A stretch of DNA of 64,000 bases from Planctomycetaceae bacterium (lineage in GTDB: Bacteria > Planctomycetota > Planctomycetia > Planctomycetales > Planctomycetaceae), in contig JAGQPW010000007.1 of the NCBI GenBank assembly GCA_020426515.1, forward strand, positions 10,908-74,907. The letters are read 5' to 3'. Each line of letters opens with the position of its first letter. The first letter of the stretch is position 1. Of the stretch, positions 7,517 to 16,818 are shown in pieces. A program made the translations under genes and the position numbers. The notes below the pieces were generated by a model. It was not told where the DNA came from. It did no database searches and worked only from the letters and a program-made list of their open reading frames with translations.

Positions 7517-9616
7517 GTGCAAGGATCGCCCGCGCCCATTGATATTCTGCGTACGTTCGTCCCTCAGAAGGACGGACATGGCGCTCCCGTTGCAGGGTGG
7601 GATGACCCAGCTTCGGCATCCATCGCGGGTGGCTTCTCCGGGATTCTCGCGATGCTCGTGAGCCCTCAAACGAACAAGGGCACACCAACAGACCCAACCG
7701 CACCACAGCCAGCCCCTTCAGCATCATCGGATGCAGGTGCTGTTGAGGCCGCAGACGCCGACGAAACCGACACAGCCGAAGTCACCGGACTCTCCCCGAA
7801 TCTGCTGATTCAGGGGACACTGACATTGCCGCCCGAGACGGAATCTGCACTCGTTCTTCCGACGCCACCTTCAGTGCAGCCCGACTCCAATGTACCCACG
7901 GCAGTTGCCGGAACGACCGCGAATGTGAACCCGACGGCACCATCCGTATCGGGCGAGCCTGCCAAGGTGCAGCTGGCGGAAAGCCTGCTGGCCACGTCTG
8001 CAGCCACGCCCGCGAATCAAGCCGAGCAACCATCGCAGAATCAGTCTGCGCAGCCACATCGCGAGTCGCGCCCCGAACAGATTTCCACTCCGGTGCAGGT
8101 CAGCCCGGAGCCATCCTCAGTACCCGTCGAAAGCTCTCCGTCAGAACTGGCTGACAAGCCTGCCTCAACATCAGCAAAGCTCGACACTGCGGTTTCCACA
8201 CAAGAAGTTGAACCGTCCGACGGGAGCGCGTCCAACGCAAGTGGCCTGGTACGCCCTGCAGTCGCCGAGACGACCGTGGAATCACCACTTCCTCCGACTT
8301 CACCTGCCCTGGAGGATGCGCGAAGCGAAATACAATCCCGGCACACCCAACAGCAGGCACCTACTGCGGAACAGGCGTCAACGCTGGTTGTCCCGGCAAC
8401 ACCCAGCGCGGGCCCCGAGCGTGGGACACTGGACGTTGCCGTCGGTAGGACTACGACCTCAGCGGCCCCATCGCCGCAGTCCACAATCCCGATCCAGAAT
8501 GCGGGTGTGAATCGTACCGAGGCCAACAGTCCAACAGTTCCCGAGTCGTCGAAGGCAGAACCAGGAACTCCCGGAACAATTCAAGGGGCGCCTGAAACGC
8601 CAGCGCAGCCCGCGCCTGTAATCGAGAACCAGACTCCGCCTGTTTCAACACCAACCGGATCCGCATCCGATGCCGCTCTGGAGACACCACCCGTTGCGGT
8701 ACCTGGGCCATCATTGGTGACCTCGGTGGAACAACCACCCAGCCGTCCGCGAGTGACTGGTGACTCAGCTGCCAAGGACATCCTCGTCAGCAGCGTCGAG
8801 CCGCAAACTGCGGCAGTACAGGCACCCGTTGCGACGCCGCGTTCGCAGGAACGACAACAACATCCGGAAGATCAGTCTGCATCGCCTCAGCCCGAGACAC
8901 CCGCTCGAGACGCTGCGATGCCGAGGCTGAGCTCCACAGATTCGAAACGGTCGGAGGCAGTCTACCGGCAAGTTGCCCGTGATGCGTCAACAGCACGAAT
9001 CACATCCCCCCCCGCACTGTCGGTGGCGGGAGTGGAATGGAATCCTCCACCAGAAGCTCCACTCAAAGGATCACCGGGATCAACTCACGCTGCCGTCACG
9101 GGAATTGAAGGCGTAAGTGTTGCGCAGACAGGCGCTGCCACCGCTACCTCAGCCAGTATGGGCATGCCGGCCGTCGTGGCTCCAACATCCAGTCTGGTCT
9201 CGACACCTGATTCGTCTCAGATGCGCAGTGACTTCGTCGCTCAGGCGGCCACACTGATTCAGAGTGTCCCAGCAGGTGACGAACAACGTGTCATGATGCG
9301 GCTCGATCCACCGGAACTGGGCCGCGTGCTGATTCGTATCCGCCGCAGCAGCGAGAAACTCAGCGTTCACATTGAATCAGAATCCGCGAGAACACTCTCC
9401 GTGCTCCGCGAACAACATGGACAACTGGTCGACAGTCTCACCAACGGAATGTCCGAATCGGGACAAATCGACCTCAGCTATTCAGACGGACAACAACAAG
9501 GGTGGGAGCAGACCGAAGAGCAATTGCCTCGACTGGTACCGTTCCCAGTGGAATCCGATGCGGGAGGTTCGGGAGAAGTCCCGGCAGCCCGCCAGGAACT
9601 CAACTTCGTCGCCTGA
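7517..9616 (+). CDS. fliK: Flagellar hook-length control protein FliK (long Pro/Ser/Thr/Ala-rich spacer)
   Basis: The C-terminal Flg_hook-like block is MMRLDPPELGRVLIRIRRSSEKLSVHIESESARTLSVLREQHGQLVDSL. The track start 7418 (TTG) and the ATG at 7478 lie on or upstream of the sigma-54 promoter. GTG 7517, preceded by aaggat, is therefore proposed as the start, but it remains uncertain. Confidence 0.75.
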   Translation: MQGSPAPIDILRTFVPQKDGHGAPVAGWDDPASASIAGGFSGILAMLVSPQTNKGTPTDPTAPQPAPSASSDAGAVEAADADETDTAEVTGLSPNLLIQGTLTLPPETESALVLPTPPSVQPDSNVPTAVAGTTANVNPTAPSVSGEPAKVQLAESLLATSAATPANQAEQPSQNQSAQPHRESRPEQISTPVQVSPEPSSVPVESSPSELADKPASTSAKLDTAVSTQEVEPSDGSASNASGLVRPAVAETTVESPLPPTSPALEDARSEIQSRHTQQQAPTAEQASTLVVPATPSAGPERGTLDVAVGRTTTSAAPSPQSTIPIQNAGVNRTEANSPTVPESSKAEPGTPGTIQGAPETPAQPAPVIENQTPPVSTPTGSASDAALETPPVAVPGPSLVTSVEQPPSRPRVTGDSAAKDILVSSVEPQTAAVQAPVATPRSQERQQHPEDQSASPQPETPARDAAMPRLSSTDSKRSEAVYRQVARDASTARITSPPALSVAGVEWNPPPEAPLKGSPGSTHAAVTGIEGVSVAQTGAATATSASMGMPAVVAPTSSLVSTPDSSQMRSDFVAQAATLIQSVPAGDEQRVMMRLDPPELGRVLIRIRRSSEKLSVHIESESARTLSVLREQHGQLVDSLTNGMSESGQIDLSYSDGQQQGWEQTEEQLPRLVPFPVESDAGGSGEVPAARQELNFVA

Positions 9617-9656
9617 CGCAGCCCCATCGAACACAGAATTTCAGAAGGAACCCGAC

Positions 9657-10040
9657 ATGGATGTCACCGGAACGAGCTCTGCCAGCACCATCGACCAACA
9701 GCAGTTCCTGAATCTGCTGGTCACTCAATTGAAACACCAGGATCCGTTGAACCCGATGGATCAGCAGGAGCAGATTGCGCAACTGGCCCAATTCTCGACC
9801 GTGGAAGGTATCGAGAAGTTGAACGCCAGCTTCAGCCAGATGCTGAACATGCAGATGCTCACCAGCAGCAGCAACATGCTGGGAGCGACCGTGGAGTACA
9901 ACAGCGAAGATTCGCTGCTGCCGCTCACAGGAACGGTCGAGCGAATTGCCACAAAGAACGGATCTCTGCAACTCACCATCAACGGGGAACAGGTTCCGAT
10001 CGAGAACGTACTTGCACTCGTGCAACCTTCTGCTGCCTGA
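9657..10040 (+). CDS. flgD: Flagellar hook cap/assembly protein FlgD
   Basis: From ATG 9657: MDVTGTSSASTIDQQQFLNLLVTQLKHQDPLNPMDQQEQIAQLAQFSTVEGIEKL, the FlgD signature. The upstream part of the track ORF overlaps fliK. Confidence 0.9.
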   Translation: MDVTGTSSASTIDQQQFLNLLVTQLKHQDPLNPMDQQEQIAQLAQFSTVEGIEKLNASFSQMLNMQMLTSSSNMLGATVEYNSEDSLLPLTGTVERIATKNGSLQLTINGEQVPIENVLALVQPSAA

Positions 10041-10209
10041 TTCCAGCCTCGCGAACGGTCACTTCAAGTAACCATTGCTCCGCAAGAGCATCATCTTTCT
10101 TACACGGACCTTTAATCCCCAACACGACGCAGTGTGGGGCGTTCACAATCTCCGCTGACAGTGATGTCAGCGGCGGACTGGCGCCTCCCTGGACTGAAAG
10201 GAAGCTCCC

Positions 10210-11835
10210 ATGGCCAATCCTCTGATTACCGGCGTATCCGGACTGTCTGCTCACCAGAAGATGATAGAGGTCATCGGCAATAACATTGCCAACATGAATT
10301 CAACAGCCTTCAAGTCCAGCCGCGTGTTCTTCTCCGACATCTACTATGAAACGGTGAGTTCCGGCACTCCAATACAGGTGGGAACCGGATCCAAAGTCGC
10401 CACAATTTCCGTGGACACCACGAACGGAAACCTGGAAACCACCGGTCGAAAATTCGACTTTGCCATCGATGGCGAAGGCTACTTCGTCGTGGACTCCGAA
10501 GTGGGCCCACTGTACACGCGATCGGGAGTGTTGAGCGTCGACCAGGAGGGATTCCTTGTTGATTCCTCAACGGGATTTCGCGTGCAGCGCTATGGGACCG
10601 TCGGAGAACCCGATGGAGCAAATCCATCGTTCCAGGTCCCCGGATCATCGAACATCGCCGTTCCAATAGGGGCCGCTATTCCGGGCAACAGCACGTCCCT
10701 CGCCACTCTCCGGGGCAATCTCCCTTCTACTACGCGTGCGGCTACACAACAAACGTTAACCACGTCGAACCGCCTGCTCGCGGGAGGCGTGAGTGCAACT
10801 GGGACAACACTGTTGAACAGCCTCGATTTCAATACCTCGCCCTACAACGCGGGGGACACGATTGACATCTCCGGCGTGGATGCCGACGGAACCGTCATCT
10901 CGGGAAGCCTGGCTGTGGATGGAACGACCACAGTGAACGATCTCATTGCGATGCTGAACAGCCTGTATTCCGGGGCAACCGCGGCGCTGAACATCGACGG
11001 AGAACTGACGCTGACCGCAAACGAGACGGGGACTTCGTCACTGAACGTAGCACTCAGTGACAACCCCGCCAACGTCGGCGGATCGGACTTCGCCGGAAAC
11101 CCCATGACCACCACCACGCTGGGCCGAGCGGGTGAATTGATTCGCGGAGGAATCGAAGTCTTCGACGCTCGTGGAGACGGCCATCTTGTGGGGCTTGCCT
11201 TTGAAATGCAGCCCGACGGGACCTGGAACATGACGGCCTCCCTGGATAGTGCCGAAGGTGACCTGCTCATTGGCGATGTGAACGGAATCAGCTTTAATTC
11301 CGATGGCAGTTACGCTGGCATCGCCGGTGGAGGATCTGCGATCCTGAGCATCCGCTTCGCCGGGCAGACTGATCCACAGCTGATTGATCTCGCTTTCGGC
11401 GATACCGGATCACTTAGTGGCCTGCGTTCAATAGGGGGTGAGCCGTCATTATCTGCAGAGCAGGACGGCTTCGCTTCCGGAACTTTGGCCTCGGTAAACA
11501 TCAGCGGCAATGGTGTCATCACCGGACTGGGAACCAATGGCCGTCAAATTCCGCTCGCGCAAATTGCCATTGCCTCGTTCCGCAACCCGTCCGGTCTCGA
11601 AAATGTCGGTAACGGCATGGCGCGGGCCACTCTGGCCAGTGGTGACGTGGAGATCGGTACGGGCGAATCTGGTGGCCGCGGGTCAATCCGCAGCGGACAA
11701 CTGGAGCAATCCAACGTCGATCTGGCTGCGGAGTTCACACGGCTGATAATCGCTCAGCGTGGTTTTTCCGCCAATGCCCGATCGATCAGCGTCGCCGACG
11801 AGATGTTGCAGGAGCTGACTCAGCTGCTGCGGTAG
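10210..11835 (+). CDS. flgE: Flagellar hook protein FlgE
   Basis: N-terminus ITGVSGLSAHQKMIEVIGNNIANMNSTAFK and C-terminus LEQSNVDLAAEFTRLIIAQRGFSANARSISVADEMLQELTQLLR. Confidence 0.95.
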   Translation: MANPLITGVSGLSAHQKMIEVIGNNIANMNSTAFKSSRVFFSDIYYETVSSGTPIQVGTGSKVATISVDTTNGNLETTGRKFDFAIDGEGYFVVDSEVGPLYTRSGVLSVDQEGFLVDSSTGFRVQRYGTVGEPDGANPSFQVPGSSNIAVPIGAAIPGNSTSLATLRGNLPSTTRAATQQTLTTSNRLLAGGVSATGTTLLNSLDFNTSPYNAGDTIDISGVDADGTVISGSLAVDGTTTVNDLIAMLNSLYSGATAALNIDGELTLTANETGTSSLNVALSDNPANVGGSDFAGNPMTTTTLGRAGELIRGGIEVFDARGDGHLVGLAFEMQPDGTWNMTASLDSAEGDLLIGDVNGISFNSDGSYAGIAGGGSAILSIRFAGQTDPQLIDLAFGDTGSLSGLRSIGGEPSLSAEQDGFASGTLASVNISGNGVITGLGTNGRQIPLAQIAIASFRNPSGLENVGNGMARATLASGDVEIGTGESGGRGSIRSGQLEQSNVDLAAEFTRLIIAQRGFSANARSISVADEMLQELTQLLR

Positions 11836-12508
11836 TCTCAACGCTGACGGGATAAACCGACTGCACCACCGATGCGGCCACTTCGTGAGCCACCGCATTC
11901 AGGAATGTGCGCGGACTGGTTCGGGTCAATGCGCGAGCTTCTTCAATGGCCGGGATGACCGGCCGTCGAAGTTTTGCATTCCCTTCGCGGCTGGGCTCAA
12001 TCGGCTGGAAGTCTCCACTCGATTCCCAGGCCCCGGAGATCGACGACTGGACAAGACCGGTCGCCGGATTGATCAGATGGAACGTGGCCCGCAACCGCAT
12101 CGGCTGGTACGGATAGAACTCATGGACCTCGATATTGACGACAACATCGGGGCCGGCAGGCATTGCTCCCGCAGCCACCGCAGACTCCATGATCGCCGGA
12201 GCGTTTACCAGCGCGCTTCCATCGTTCGGGACAACCTTGAATCGTCCCGTATTGATCAATGCTGCAGCCAGGTCGCTGCACAGGAGATCTTCACAGCCTT
12301 GAGAATCGTTAAGCTGCGTACTGACCGACATTGTGCCGGTAGGAATTACGCCAACATGCGGTTGAACCACCACCTTGAGCGGATCGTAAACAACCGGCGG
12401 TGCCATGGCGGTCCCCGCCTCTGGTGCGCACTCGACCGTTCGACATCCGGTGCCAGCGGCGATCAACAGGACCGGAATCCATGGCGACAGTCGGGAGAAA
12501 CGACTCAT
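11786..12508 (-). CDS. Lipoprotein, function unknown
   Basis: The ATG at 12508 (MSRFSRLSPWIPVLLIAAGTGC, lipobox) overlaps the upstream stop (ATGA). Contains AALINTGRFKVV. The 3' end overlaps the flgE 3' end by 50 nt (convergent). Confidence 0.55.
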   Translation of the reverse strand: MSRFSRLSPWIPVLLIAAGTGCRTVECAPEAGTAMAPPVVYDPLKVVVQPHVGVIPTGTMSVSTQLNDSQGCEDLLCSDLAAALINTGRFKVVPNDGSALVNAPAIMESAVAAGAMPAGPDVVVNIEVHEFYPYQPMRLRATFHLINPATGLVQSSISGAWESSGDFQPIEPSREGNAKLRRPVIPAIEEARALTRTSPRTFLNAVAHEVAASVVQSVYPVSVETTAAAESAPATSRRRR

Positions 12509-13290
12509 CGATTCACCTCCGACGAATCCTGTTCGGCTTCTGCCGTCAAGACGGTTCGTAGTGAATTCGACAGACTCTCCAGCGCTTTCAAATCCTCGAG
12601 TTGCTGACGTTTGAAGTCGGCCTGCATTTGAGCGATGGTGCCTTTGCACTCCATGACCTCGTGCTGCAGCCGCACAGTTTCCTGCGAGGACTTCATCAGC
12701 AGAGTCCGCAGTTCTTCGGTTTGCGCCATACTCTCTTTCAACTGGTTTTCCAGCCGCCCAATTCGCGAATTCAGTCGCGTCTCGATGTCCTCCGCCTGCT
12801 GAGACAGCGACTGCTGCCGCCGGTCGCATTCAGCGCAGTTCGCTTCTGCAGTCTGCGATCGTGTTTGCTGTGCTGGCGGAAGCAGGTTCGGTTCTGCCGC
12901 ACGAGGTGCATTTCCGCCGGGCGAATCAGCATGCGGTCGACACGACGGAAGACATCCGTCATCCGATGGCAAAGCCACCCAGGGAGATGAGGAGCCTTTC
13001 GCCTGGGAAGGCGCGGGGGCTTCATAAGCGACGGTTGTGGCCGCAGCCGATGCTCCCTCGGAACCGGCCACCGGCGGAGCTGCCGGAAAGTTGAGCGAAC
13101 TGACATCGCGATCTCGCGTGATCACACATCCGGTCGTCGAGAAGCACAATGCCAACAGGCTGCACAAAGCCATTGTCCGTGGACCGAAAGCCCCCAGGCA
13201 GCTGCGCATACGCCACCCGTGACTGGTGAAAGTCAGAATCGATTGTCGAGTTGTGGGCAGGTGTCTCATGGCGTTATTACTTTGCTTCAA
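12505..13290 (-). CDS. Lipoprotein with C-terminal coiled coil, function unknown
   Basis: Signal and lipobox LLALCFSTTGC. The C-terminal region is heptad-rich (RLENQLKESMAQTEELRTLLMKSSQETVRLQHEV). The true start is probably an internal Met at 13209 or 13173. Confidence 0.5.
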   Translation of the reverse strand: MKQSNNAMRHLPTTRQSILTFTSHGWRMRSCLGAFGPRTMALCSLLALCFSTTGCVITRDRDVSSLNFPAAPPVAGSEGASAAATTVAYEAPAPSQAKGSSSPWVALPSDDGCLPSCRPHADSPGGNAPRAAEPNLLPPAQQTRSQTAEANCAECDRRQQSLSQQAEDIETRLNSRIGRLENQLKESMAQTEELRTLLMKSSQETVRLQHEVMECKGTIAQMQADFKRQQLEDLKALESLSNSLRTVLTAEAEQDSSEVNR

Positions 13291-13299
13291 CTTCGCAGC

Positions 13300-13584
13300 T
13301 CAATGACCCCCGTCAGGTGCATAGTCGCATTCGGCGACGATGACTCGTCCACAGGCACACGTCACCTTCAGCCCGGCAACGCGATCTCCATCTCGTTCAA
13401 GTTCAACATGTGCAGACGCCGGGCACTGTTCGTCAGAAATGAAAACAGGCTGCCGCGACATGACGACGTGCGCAGCGGGAATCACCCGACTGCCGTATCG
13501 AGCAGTTTTCGTGGCCGATCCTGCTCGTTCAGCGAAACCGTGCATCATCAATTGTGAACCAAGTGTTGTTGCCATCGTACTCAC
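13300..13584 (-). CDS. Small Cys-containing protein translationally coupled to fliA, function unknown
   Basis: 94-aa ORF. Its GTG start overlaps the fliA stop (GTGA at 13581-13584). Motifs: QCPASAHVELE and TCACGRVIVAECDY. Confidence 0.45.
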   Translation of the reverse strand: MSTMATTLGSQLMMHGFAERAGSATKTARYGSRVIPAAHVVMSRQPVFISDEQCPASAHVELERDGDRVAGLKVTCACGRVIVAECDYAPDGGH

Positions 13585-14279
13585 GCTGTTGCTGCGGACA
13601 TGATGCGTTTGAGTTGCAAGTGCGCCTGGGCGAGCAGACGGGAGACTCGAGACTCTGAGAGGCCAAGGACCTCGCCAATCTCGCGCAATCTCAGGTTGTC
13701 GGTGTAGTACATGGAAACAATGATGCGTTGCCGTTCCGGCAGCCTCATCATCGCTTCCGCCAATCGTTCGCGGTTGTCTTCGAACTCGGCCTGGTCCATT
13801 TGATCGACCGGGCTGGCTGCAACGGCGAACTCATCATGCCATTCGTCGGGCCGCACCACTTTTGTCGACACGAGGCATTCTTCGATGGCCTCGATCGACG
13901 TTCCCAACGCGTGTGCCAGTTCCTCGACGGTGGGGTACACGACACAACGACTGGTGTACTCGCGAATGCGGGTCCACAACTCCATGACCTGCTGGGGCAA
14001 AGGACAGTTGCGACGCATTTCGTCGAGCACCGCACCACGAATTCGCTGATACGCAAAGGCGCGGAAGTCGCTTCCACGGGCACCATCAAATCGCGACGCC
14101 GCTTCGACGAGGCCCAGCAGACCGGCACCTTCCAGATTGTCGCGATCCACATGCCCCGGCGCATCCACCAGCAAACGGCCAAGCACATGACGCACGAGAT
14201 CCAAATGGTCGACGACCAGTTGGTCACGCGTGGTCTGACTCGACCGTTGGTGATAGATTTTTTCTGCCGCTGCGTTCAT
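13581..14279 (-). CDS. fliA: Flagellar sigma factor sigma-28 (FliA/WhiG family)
   Basis: Region 2 LVVDHLDLVRHVLGRL...FRAFAYQRIRGAVLDEMR and region 4 LRLREIGEVLGLSESRVSRLLAQAHLQLKR. Confidence 0.9.
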   Translation of the reverse strand: MNAAAEKIYHQRSSQTTRDQLVVDHLDLVRHVLGRLLVDAPGHVDRDNLEGAGLLGLVEAASRFDGARGSDFRAFAYQRIRGAVLDEMRRNCPLPQQVMELWTRIREYTSRCVVYPTVEELAHALGTSIEAIEECLVSTKVVRPDEWHDEFAVAASPVDQMDQAEFEDNRERLAEAMMRLPERQRIIVSMYYTDNLRLREIGEVLGLSESRVSRLLAQAHLQLKRIMSAATA

Positions 14280-14350
14280 GACGCTATTCCCTTAGCGAAT
14301 TCTCAACTGCCTTCGACTCTTCCTGCGAAGGCGCTTCGTGCGTGCCTTAG

Positions 14351-14623
14351 TCAGTCGTCATCAAGCTCCTTCAACTGGTGTTGCAAGACGGCCCCCAGAC
14401 CTCGAAACGCCACGCCTATCACCACACTGGAAAGTGTCGCGCGGTAGACAATGACGTCCGGTCTCTGTCCGACGTACACACCCATCAGCACGCAGATGCA
14501 TGCGGTCAGGAGTGCAAAGGTCAGGCTCCAGGTACTGGGATTGATTTCGGTATTCATACGTGTCGTGCGAACCATCCTGGCTGCGACGGATACTGTGTGG
14601 AATGTTGGCTTGAGTCCGGTCAC
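14351..14623 (-). CDS. Small membrane protein, function unknown
   Basis: Two hydrophobic segments (WSLTFALLTACICVLMGVYV and LSSVVIGVAFRGLGAVL). Lies between flhA and fliA. The start is uncertain. Confidence 0.35.
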   Translation of the reverse strand: MTGLKPTFHTVSVAARMVRTTRMNTEINPSTWSLTFALLTACICVLMGVYVGQRPDVIVYRATLSSVVIGVAFRGLGAVLQHQLKELDDD

Positions 14624-14628
14624 TCATG

Positions 14629-16740
14629 TCATGCTGCTGCCTTGGCTGTCCGTGCCGTTGATTCCTGCGATGAAGCCTCTCCGGATGAAGCCCCAAACAC
14701 TTCTTCAACGCCGATCAGTCCGATAGGGTCAATCGACAAATCGGCGGGAACTTCCTGATAGGCAATAATGCCCAGGCCACGAAGATCGCGTGACAGGAGA
14801 TTACGCAACGGCCGTCGCAGTGAACGGTCAGCCAGCAAGGCCAGCTTTCCATCGTGCGACCCCGATTGCCAGTGTTCGGTCACGCGACGCACCAGCGTTT
14901 GCAGTGGACCTGGTGCCAAAGCCAGATGTCCTTCGCGAACAACCTCTCGCAGCTTCCCTTCCAACCGTGGATCGAGGGCCAGAACCCGCAGTGTTCCTTT
15001 TTGAATCTGATACCCATCGCAGACCAGTCGACCGAGTTCCTGCCGCACGGCATCAGTCAGGTCGTCAGGATTCTTGGCAAACTGAGCCTGATTGCTGATC
15101 GCTTCCAGGACCAGAGCCAGATCGGCCAGCGGAATGCCGTCTTGCGCCAGTTGCCGCAGGACTTGATGCAGGACTGCTGTGCGAATCGATTCGGATCGCA
15201 CTTCGTCCACAATGGACGGTGCAAATTCCTTAACGTGATCGAGCATCTCCTTGACGGTCTCGCGAGTGATGAGCTCGTGTCCGTGTTCCTTGAGAATCTC
15301 GCCCAGGTGCGTAATCAGCACGCTGGCCGCATCGACAACCGTCAGTCCATGGGCTTCGGCCTGTGCTGTCAGCTCGGAGGAAATCCAGCGGGCTTTGAGC
15401 TGGAACGCCGGATCGAGGGTGTCTTCACCCGGCAGATTGATGGCCGGTGAATCGCTGAGAATCATCAGGTGCTGATTTGCACGCAGTTCTCCGCGAGCGA
15501 CTTCTCGCCCCGCGATCAGAATGCGGTACGCGTCCAATGGCAGGTCGAGATTGCTGCGAACCCGGATTTCCGGAATCCACAGTCCGCGCTGACGCGACAG
15601 ATCCTTGCGGAGCAGTGTGATGCGATGGGCAAACGTCTTCCCCTGCTGCGACGTGATCAGGCCAATCAGTTTGGCTCCAACTTCGATGGCTGCACGGTCG
15701 GCCAGCAGGAAGTCGCCCAGTGAATTGGTCGGCGGAGAGTCAGCTGGAGTCGCTCTGGTCGTCTGTGTCTCTTCGCCTTCAATTTTTGGCTTGCTGCGGG
15801 ACTGGTACAACGTCCATCCCAGTCCGGCACTCAGGCAGGCAAATGGAATGCTGGGCATACCGGGCACCAATGCCGCCCCCCCCAGTACCATGACTCCCAG
15901 CCACAACGGTTCGCGATTGCGAAACAGTTGCGTTCCAATTTCGCTGCCCAGACTCGATTCCGAGTTGGACTTGGTCACGAGAATACCGGACGCAGTGGCG
16001 ATGAACAGCGCCGGAATCTGAGAGACCAGACCATCGCCAACAGCCAGCACGCAGAAGGTGCGAGCGGCGTCAGCGGCGGAGAGTCCATTCATGATCCCAA
16101 CGGTGATTCCGCCGAGCAGGTTGATCGCTGTAATAATCAAACCGGCAATGGCATCACCGCGGACGAACTTACTTGCCCCGTCCATTGCTCCGTAGAATTC
16201 GGTTTCCAGTCCCAGCTGCTGTCGGCGCTGCCGAGCGGCTTCATCGTTGATGGCTCCGGAATTCAGTTCCGCATCAATGGCCATCTGCTTACCGGGCAAC
16301 GCATCCAATGTGAATCGGGCGGCCACTTCGGAAACGCGCCCGGCTCCTTTGGTAATCACGATGAACTGGATGATCACGAGGATCAGGAAAATCACCAACC
16401 CCACCAGCAGGTTTCCGCCGACCACCATTTCCCCGAAAGCGGAGACCAGCTTTCCGGCCTCGGCCGACAGGAGAATGCCACGTGTTGTCGCGACGTTCAG
16501 TGAGATGCGGTACAGCGTGAGCATCAGCAGCAGCGACGGGAAAACCGACAGGTCCAGCGCCCGCTTGGCGCCCAGCGTCACCAGCAGCAACAGCACGGCA
16601 ATGCTGATGTTGACCGAAATGAACAGGTCAAGCAGCAGCGGCGGCAGTGGAAAAACGATGATCCCCAGCACTGCAAGAAAGCAGACCGACAGGGCGACAT
16701 CGCCATGCTTCAGCAACAGTCTGTTTGGGAAGGAGTTCAT
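14629..16740 (-). CDS. flhA: Flagellar export apparatus protein FlhA
   Basis: 703 aa with the typical FlhA N-terminal TM region (FPLPPLLLDLFISVNISIAVLLLLV, FPSLLLMLTLYRISLNVATTR) and a cytoplasmic C-domain. Confidence 0.95.
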   Translation of the reverse strand: MNSFPNRLLLKHGDVALSVCFLAVLGIIVFPLPPLLLDLFISVNISIAVLLLLVTLGAKRALDLSVFPSLLLMLTLYRISLNVATTRGILLSAEAGKLVSAFGEMVVGGNLLVGLVIFLILVIIQFIVITKGAGRVSEVAARFTLDALPGKQMAIDAELNSGAINDEAARQRRQQLGLETEFYGAMDGASKFVRGDAIAGLIITAINLLGGITVGIMNGLSAADAARTFCVLAVGDGLVSQIPALFIATASGILVTKSNSESSLGSEIGTQLFRNREPLWLGVMVLGGAALVPGMPSIPFACLSAGLGWTLYQSRSKPKIEGEETQTTRATPADSPPTNSLGDFLLADRAAIEVGAKLIGLITSQQGKTFAHRITLLRKDLSRQRGLWIPEIRVRSNLDLPLDAYRILIAGREVARGELRANQHLMILSDSPAINLPGEDTLDPAFQLKARWISSELTAQAEAHGLTVVDAASVLITHLGEILKEHGHELITRETVKEMLDHVKEFAPSIVDEVRSESIRTAVLHQVLRQLAQDGIPLADLALVLEAISNQAQFAKNPDDLTDAVRQELGRLVCDGYQIQKGTLRVLALDPRLEGKLREVVREGHLALAPGPLQTLVRRVTEHWQSGSHDGKLALLADRSLRRPLRNLLSRDLRGLGIIAYQEVPADLSIDPIGLIGVEEVFGASSGEASSQESTARTAKAAA

Positions 16741-16818
16741 CGGTTCAGAGTTCGTCAGGTCAGTGTGTCGTCAAAATGTGTCCGAGTGGGTCGCCCACGA
16801 CGTCTTTCGCGGCTGCCG

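Noticed and set aside
11786-11835. 50-nt convergent overlap of the flgE and lipoprotein gene 3' ends, considered as a possible mis-annotation or frameshift
   Set aside because: The flgE C-terminus (…DEMLQELTQLLR) is canonical. The lipoprotein ORF simply runs on through an Ala/Arg-rich tail. A convergent overlap is plausible, and I see no evidence of a frameshift.
13728-14447. 239-aa plus-strand ORF
   Set aside because: It is antisense to fliA, whose sigma regions 2 and 4 are clear on the minus strand. The same applies to 50555-51289 (antisense to the ROK kinase) and 28776-29561 (antisense to flgL).
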